In this document: positions 58,471 through 64,000 of the stretch, piece by piece
Position numbering within the stretch: position 1 is the first letter of the stretch
Layout: every line of letters begins with the position of its first letter
Origin: Fonticula alba ATCC 38817
Taxonomy: Eukaryota; Protista; Nucleariida
DNA: 64,000 bases
Assembly: GCA_000388065.2 (NCBI GenBank)
Contig: KB932206.1
Reading direction: 5' to 3' (one strand)
Position numbers and translations under genes: made by a program
Notes under the pieces: generated by a model
Told to the model about the DNA's origin: nothing
Seen by the model: the letters and a program-made list of their open reading frames with translations, nothing else
Database searches by the model: none

Positions 58471-61400
58471 CTACTCACTACCGCCGGTGGCCAGGGGCGA
58501 CGCCGGCGGGAGGGGCGACGGAGAGGGCGGGGCAGCGGCGGCGCCCACCTCATCAGCCACCATGTCGCCAGTGGCCGGGGTGCCAGTCTGAACGGTCAGC
58601 AGCGTGCCGGGGCTATTGACCGGGAGGCTGGAGAAGAGGACACTGCGCTGCTCGCGCAGTCGGCTCAGCTCGGCTTCCGCATGGACCCGGTAATTGTTGT
58701 ACTGCTGCATGAGCCGCGTGACGACCGCCTGCTCGTAGGTTCGCCGGCGGGTGAGGTCGGCCACGGCCGCGCGCTCGGCCTCCAGGGCAGCGCGCACCGC
58801 ATGCGAATACTGCCGCAGGGCGACCACATCGTCGCACGTGTCCGGATCGAAGGTGTCCAGGCAGATGGCCACAGGGCCGGCGGCGGCCGGCGCCGAGGCG
58901 GCCCCAGCATCCCCGGCCACCGGTTCGAAGAGCGGGCCGCGGATGGGCTGCGGCAGGGCCGACAGGCAGTCGTCGCTGGCCCCGAGCGGCCCGGCCAGCG
59001 CACGGGCCTGGCCCGTCGACTCGCCGGTCCCCAAGACCGGGAGGGGGGTGCTCACCAGCGGCTGGACATTGCCAACCGGCTGACGGATGACCGTGACCAC
59101 GGTGGCCGGCGCGGCCGGGGTATCCAGCGACCGCATCGGCGTGAAGTACATGTCGTCATCGTCATCGTCGTCGTCATCGCTGGAATGCCCACCGTCGGAG
59201 GACGAGCAGGAGGACGGCACAGTCTCATCCTGGGGGCCGGCATGTGCCCGAGCCGCGGTGCCATCGTCAAGCTCCACGGCCCGCAGGCTGTCGGTGCCGA
59301 GGATCTCCGGCGACTCGGCCGGGGCCGTGGTCACCGTGGCCAGCAGCGAAGCCGTGGCCGGGGTACCGGGCCGGCGCCGAGCACCGGCCAGCCCCGCGGC
59401 GCTGCCACCACCGAGGGCCATGCGCCCGGCTGGCGTCTCCACCAGCGTGGCCGCCAGGCCGAGACGCGCGCCGGCAGCCAGCGGCGATGCCGGCGGCGGG
59501 GGCGGCGACCGCATGGCATGGCTCAGCAGGATATGCACCGGCGATGAGGGAATGGCCGCCGTGGGGGAGGAGGCCGCCGCGGCCAGGAGGGCGGCCGTCT
59601 GCGCCGGGCTGGGCATCGGCAGCAGGTCCGTCGCGTCATTCAGCCGCACGAAGAAGGGCGCGTCAAAGTCATCCTCATCGTGCTGCCCGCCGGCGTGGCC
59701 GGCATCGGCCGTCGATGCCAGGGCCAGCCCCTCCACCTCGTCCTCATGCTCTTCCGTCTCCTCGTCGGAAGACACGCGCAGCAGAACCGGGATGGCGTCG
59801 CTGTCGCTCTCGGAGTCGGCGAACAGGACATCCGCCGTCCGGGGAACGGGGATCGGCGACCGGGGGAGCTGCTCCGGGTACTCGGCCATGACAGGCGGCG
59901 GGGCGCCCGACAACGTCGGCGACGAAGGCACGTGCGACTCGATGAAGCGCGACAGGCGGTTGGGCGTCTGGGGCGAGCGCAGCCCGGCCGCGCTGGCGGC
60001 CGCCTCCAGCTGCCGGTGCTGGGCCACCGACACCAGCAGCTGTGGCGACGCCGGCAGAGGGGTGTGCAGGGCGGCCGAGGGGATCGGCGACGCCGGAAGC
60101 GGAGCCGCCACAGCCGCGGCCATGGGGGTCGGCGATGCCGGAGTGCCAGCAGGAGTACCGGGAGCGGCAGCGACAGCAGGCGAGGCCGGCACACCGGTCC
60201 CGGAGGGCTCGGTGACATTGGCAGTCGCCCCGGCCTCGGTGGTGTCACCCGCCTCAGCGGTGGCAGCAGCTTCGACAGCAGCAGGCTCGGCAGCGACAGC
60301 CTCAGCGGTCACTGCCTCCATGGACGCAGCATCCTCAGCGGCCATGTCCTTGGCGGGGGCGCCAGGATCCCCGGACACACTGTCGGTGGTGATCTCGGCC
60401 GCGGGACCGGCTGCAGCCTCGCCCGTGACAGTAGCAACAGCAGCGGTAGCAGCAGCAGCAGCGGTAGCAGCAGCAGCGGTGGTGGTGGTGGTGGTGGTGG
60501 TGACAGGGGTGGCGGCGGTGGGAGTGGTGCTGGCGATGTCACTGCCGGCGAGCTTCTCGGCGGCGGCCTTGGCCGCGGTCGGACCACAGGGCAGAACCGG
60601 GCCAAGGGGCTGGCCGCCCGGCCCGACATGGAGCTGGTTCATGTGCCGGCCGATCAGCTGGTGGAATTCATCGGCCAGGGCGGCATTGCGGCAGGTAATG
60701 CTGAAGGACCCCATCTCGCCGGGGGCAGTGATCAGCACGATGTTGACCGTGCGCTCGCCATACCGGTCGTTCACCATGCGCGGCATGAGCCACGCATTCA
60801 GGGACCAAGTCATGCAGGAAAGATTCTTCAAGTCGTCGCGATAGTAGATGATGCGCGTCTTGCCGGAATCCAGGTGGAAGGCCAGCATCAGGTCGCCGCG
60901 GCCGAGCTTCTCCCAGGAGCTGTCCCGGAGCTGCTGCACCATGACCACGGTCTTGAAGATGTTCCGCTCATTGTGGCAGAGACCCATCTGCTCATCGGTC
61001 AGGGCCACCTCGTTGGAGCTGACGCGCTCGCGCCGGACGCCGACACCGGGCGGCAGGGGAACCCCCGGGCCACCGGCGCCGCCGGCACCCGACCCGCCGG
61101 CCAGTGGCGTGGCCAGGCCCGACCCGGTGGAGATGGTGGAGATGACGGCCTTTGTGATGGCCAGGGCATTGGACTGGGAGCCAGGGGTCCCGGTGGTCGA
61201 GGCGCCGGGCCCGCCGCCGACGCCGCCGGTGCCGCCCCCGCTGGCGGCCACCGAAATGGCACCGGAGCTGGTCGACCGGCGGAAGAACTTCGGCCACGAG
61301 ACCGCCGGCCCGGCGGCCGGGGAGTTCAGCAACTCGTCGCGGTTGGAGGCCAGCGACACGCCGAGCGGCTGCAGGGGCACAGGCGCCGGGGCAGCACCCT

Positions 61401-61663
61401 CGGCTCCCGGCGCGCCCTCGGCCCCGGTTGGCGTGGTTGGGGTCCCGGCCGAGGCGGCCGTGTCGACCGGCAGCCGGAGGCTGGCATAGGCCGCCTGAGC
61501 GTCGAGAGTCGACTCGCGGAGCAGCCCCAGCCACTGCTGCTTGTCCTCGGCAGAGGGGACCTGCACAACCATCAGCTGCTTGGGCTGGGCGATGCGCAGC
61601 TCGAACAGGTGGCGCAGGCCTGCGTCATGCGAGGAGAAGGAGGCGAAGCCGAGGCAGGGAAGT

Positions 61664-61702
<39 letters not shown>

Positions 61703-62700
61703 CGGGGCGGGGCGGGGCGGGGCGGGGGGGGGGGGGGGGGGGTATGGAAAGGGAGACAAGGCAGCTGCAGGGGTTAGAAAGTGGGCCGCGATCGGGGGCA
61801 GGGCAGCGGCAGCACGGCGAGAGCACGGCGAGAGCACGCACCAGGCGAGGGGTCCGGGATGTTGAAGGTGGTCACGTCGTCGAGGTCGATCGGCGCCTCA
61901 ATCGGCGTCAGGCGCTCGGCTCCGGCGGTCGGGCGCCGAAGCAGCAGCAAGTGCCGGCCGACACACACCATGGTCAGCTCGTGGCGGCTTTGAATGGAGC
62001 AATCGCGGCCGATTTCCATGTGCGTGATCGGGCTCTCGAAGCGGACCCCCTCGCCAGGCCCAGCCGTCAGGCGGAACCCCGGCGCCACCGAGGCAAAGTC
62101 CACGGCCCGCTGGAGGAAGGCCAGCCGCTCGCGCGCCTCGCTGGCACGCTGCGCTTCGTTGATTTGCTGCAGCAGGGCGTCGATCTGCCGGCAGCACCGG
62201 GCCAGGGCCAGGTGCTCATCCAGATCGCCTCCCGGGCCATCGATCGCCGTGTAGGTGCAGATCTGGCGCAGCAGGGCCGGATACTTGAAAAGGCGGTTCA
62301 TCGGCTGCATCAAATTCTCATGGGGATTCCACATGAGGGTGGTCCCGGTGGCGGGGGCGCCGGTGCTGGCCGCGGTGGCGGGCCGCACAGCGGCCATGGC
62401 GTCGCGGATTTTCTGTACAGGCAGGTCAGCCTCCGGACATAGGGCCAGACACACACACACACACACACGCACATGGACGCACATGGCCAGTGTGTGGTGT
62501 GTCGCAAAGGCAGCCGAACTATGGCAGAAGCAGCGAAGGCACTCTCCCCCCCCCCCCCCCCCCCAAACAGCCGAGGCACGCACCGTCTCATACTCGGGGA
62601 TGGCCTGGCGGAGGCGATTCAGCTCGGCCTCCACCTTTGGGATGTTTAGGCAGTACGGCAGGTACAGCTGGAGCGACTCGATCTGGGGCGCGCGCCCGCA

Positions 62701-62774
<74 letters not shown>

Positions 62775-64000
62775 TGGAGAGTATGTCATCATGTGGCGGC
62801 GGGCGATGGAAAGCACGCCCCCCTCTCCCGACAGGATCCGGGGGGAGCACGCGACAGTGACAGCGGGGAGGAGCATCACGCACAAATGGCTGCACCAGAT
62901 CCGAGATCTTCTTGATGACCGGGGTCGGGGAGGAGAAGCGCCGAGAATTCAGGGCCACCGTGAAGGCCGCATGGACCGAAGTGATCTCATGGAAGTTGGA
63001 GAAGAGGGCCAAGCTCTCCTTGGCCACCGGCAAGTCGGCCTTGTTCAGGGGATGGAAGTAAATCTAATACAGGCAAGGGAAGACCGGGGCGAGGGGAGGA
63101 GTGGGGGGGGGGGTGTCAGGAAAGAGAGCAGAGGAAAACGGCCTGCCTCAGTGCGAGAGGGGAGCTCAGCCACCGGGCCATGTGCGGGGAGACCATGCGC
63201 CTGGCCGTACATGCTCGATCTCGGCCAGCGTACGAACGAAGATCGTCTCGGTCCGATGCAGCTCGAAGATGGCCTCCTGGCGCTTGCGCTCGCGCGTGGT
63301 CAGATGCACGAGCACGCTGCGGCTGACGGTGTCGGCCCACAGGGGGACCTGCCCATTGGGCAGGAGTTCCATGGTGGCGGCCGCCGGCGGGGCACCCCCC
63401 ATGGCCTCGGTCCCGGAGGGGTGTGTCACCAAGAGCACGGAGTTGGTCACCGGGCCGAGAACCGTGCCGGTCTGCGAGACACTGGAAATGCGGACCCCGG
63501 CGCCGCTGGACTTCTTGCCACTGGTGAACAGCCGGCTGGGGGTGCTAATCAACGAAGAGAGGGAGCTCTACAGGCGAGAAGGAGGGGGGGGGAGGGGAGG
63601 GGGCAGCAGAAAAAGAAGATGACCAGCGGCCAGGCAGAAGGGGGGTTAGTATGCGCGGGAGACCGGCATGCTCCGCTTGGAGATCGCAATGCCGAGGGCA
63701 ACACCCCCGAGCAGGGTCAAGTTGAAGAGGCGCAACATACCCGAGCAGGCGTCTTCGGTGGGTCATCCTGCCATTGAGGAGGGGGGGGGTGGAGGGGGGC
63801 GGGAGGCGCGAGCTGCGTCAGACAAAGGTGGCAGAGCCGCTGGCCGAGTGGGGGCAGGGGCAAAAAAACGGCCGGCGGGCTCCTGACCAGGCGTACCTTG
63901 CCGGAGAGAGGAACCGTCCCAAGCACATCGTGAAAGGACATGGTCGAGGCACTGGGCGTGAGGCCGCCGCCGGGGAGCGAGCCAGGGGTGGCTGCCTGGG
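58471..64000 (-). CDS. Large multi-exon DH-PH Rho guanine nucleotide exchange factor with an extra PH-fold domain and C-terminal coiled coil (5' end uncertain)
   Basis: DH start WADTVSRSVLVHLTTRERKRQEAIFELHRTETIFVRTL, LFSNFHEI, YLPYCLN, LMQPMNRLFKYPALLRQI, LLQQINE. PH end HLFELRI..VQVPSAEDKQQWLGLL. Long last exon to the TAG at 58471. Confidence 0.85.
62702..62772. repeat. (GT)n microsatellite in RhoGEF intron
   Basis: Read directly. Confidence 0.95.

Noticed and set aside
59087-62442. 585-aa and 920-aa plus-strand ORFs
   Set aside because: Antisense shadows of the RhoGEF last exons. One runs through a (GT)n microsatellite.

Overview
This is GC-rich, intron-containing eukaryotic genomic DNA, not prokaryotic. 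It has GT-AG introns, (CA/GT)n and (CT/GA)n microsatellites, poly-G/C runs and 15 N-gaps. The gene style is compatible with a GC-rich unicellular opisthokont such as Fonticula, which is inference only. Genes I could reconstruct by hand: glucosidase II alpha (GH31, runs off the left edge), a PAP2/glucose-6-phosphatase-like membrane phosphatase, RRS1, a compact eIF4G-like protein (MIF4G+MA3), a low-complexity hypothetical protein, two tandem ABCB/MDR full transporters, a MAPEG protein, ERD2, an OCA1/SIW14-type phosphatase, HADH, SPT2, proteasome RPT2, a tandem-WW protein and a large DH-PH RhoGEF (5' end uncertain, near or beyond the right edge). I saw no rRNA, tRNA, CRISPR array or recognisable transposase/RT. 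The best leads are: a RhoGEF carrying an extra RanBD/EVH1-like domain; an intronless versus intron-bearing ABCB pair with patchy near-identity; a MAPEG with an 11-mer amphipathic tail; an RPT2 whose conserved Gly2-Gln3 codons appear to fall inside an intron; and a G6Pase-like enzyme lacking the C3 Arg. One apparent 147-bp duplication is an Illumina-adapter artefact. All homology calls come from motif recognition by eye, and no database search was run.
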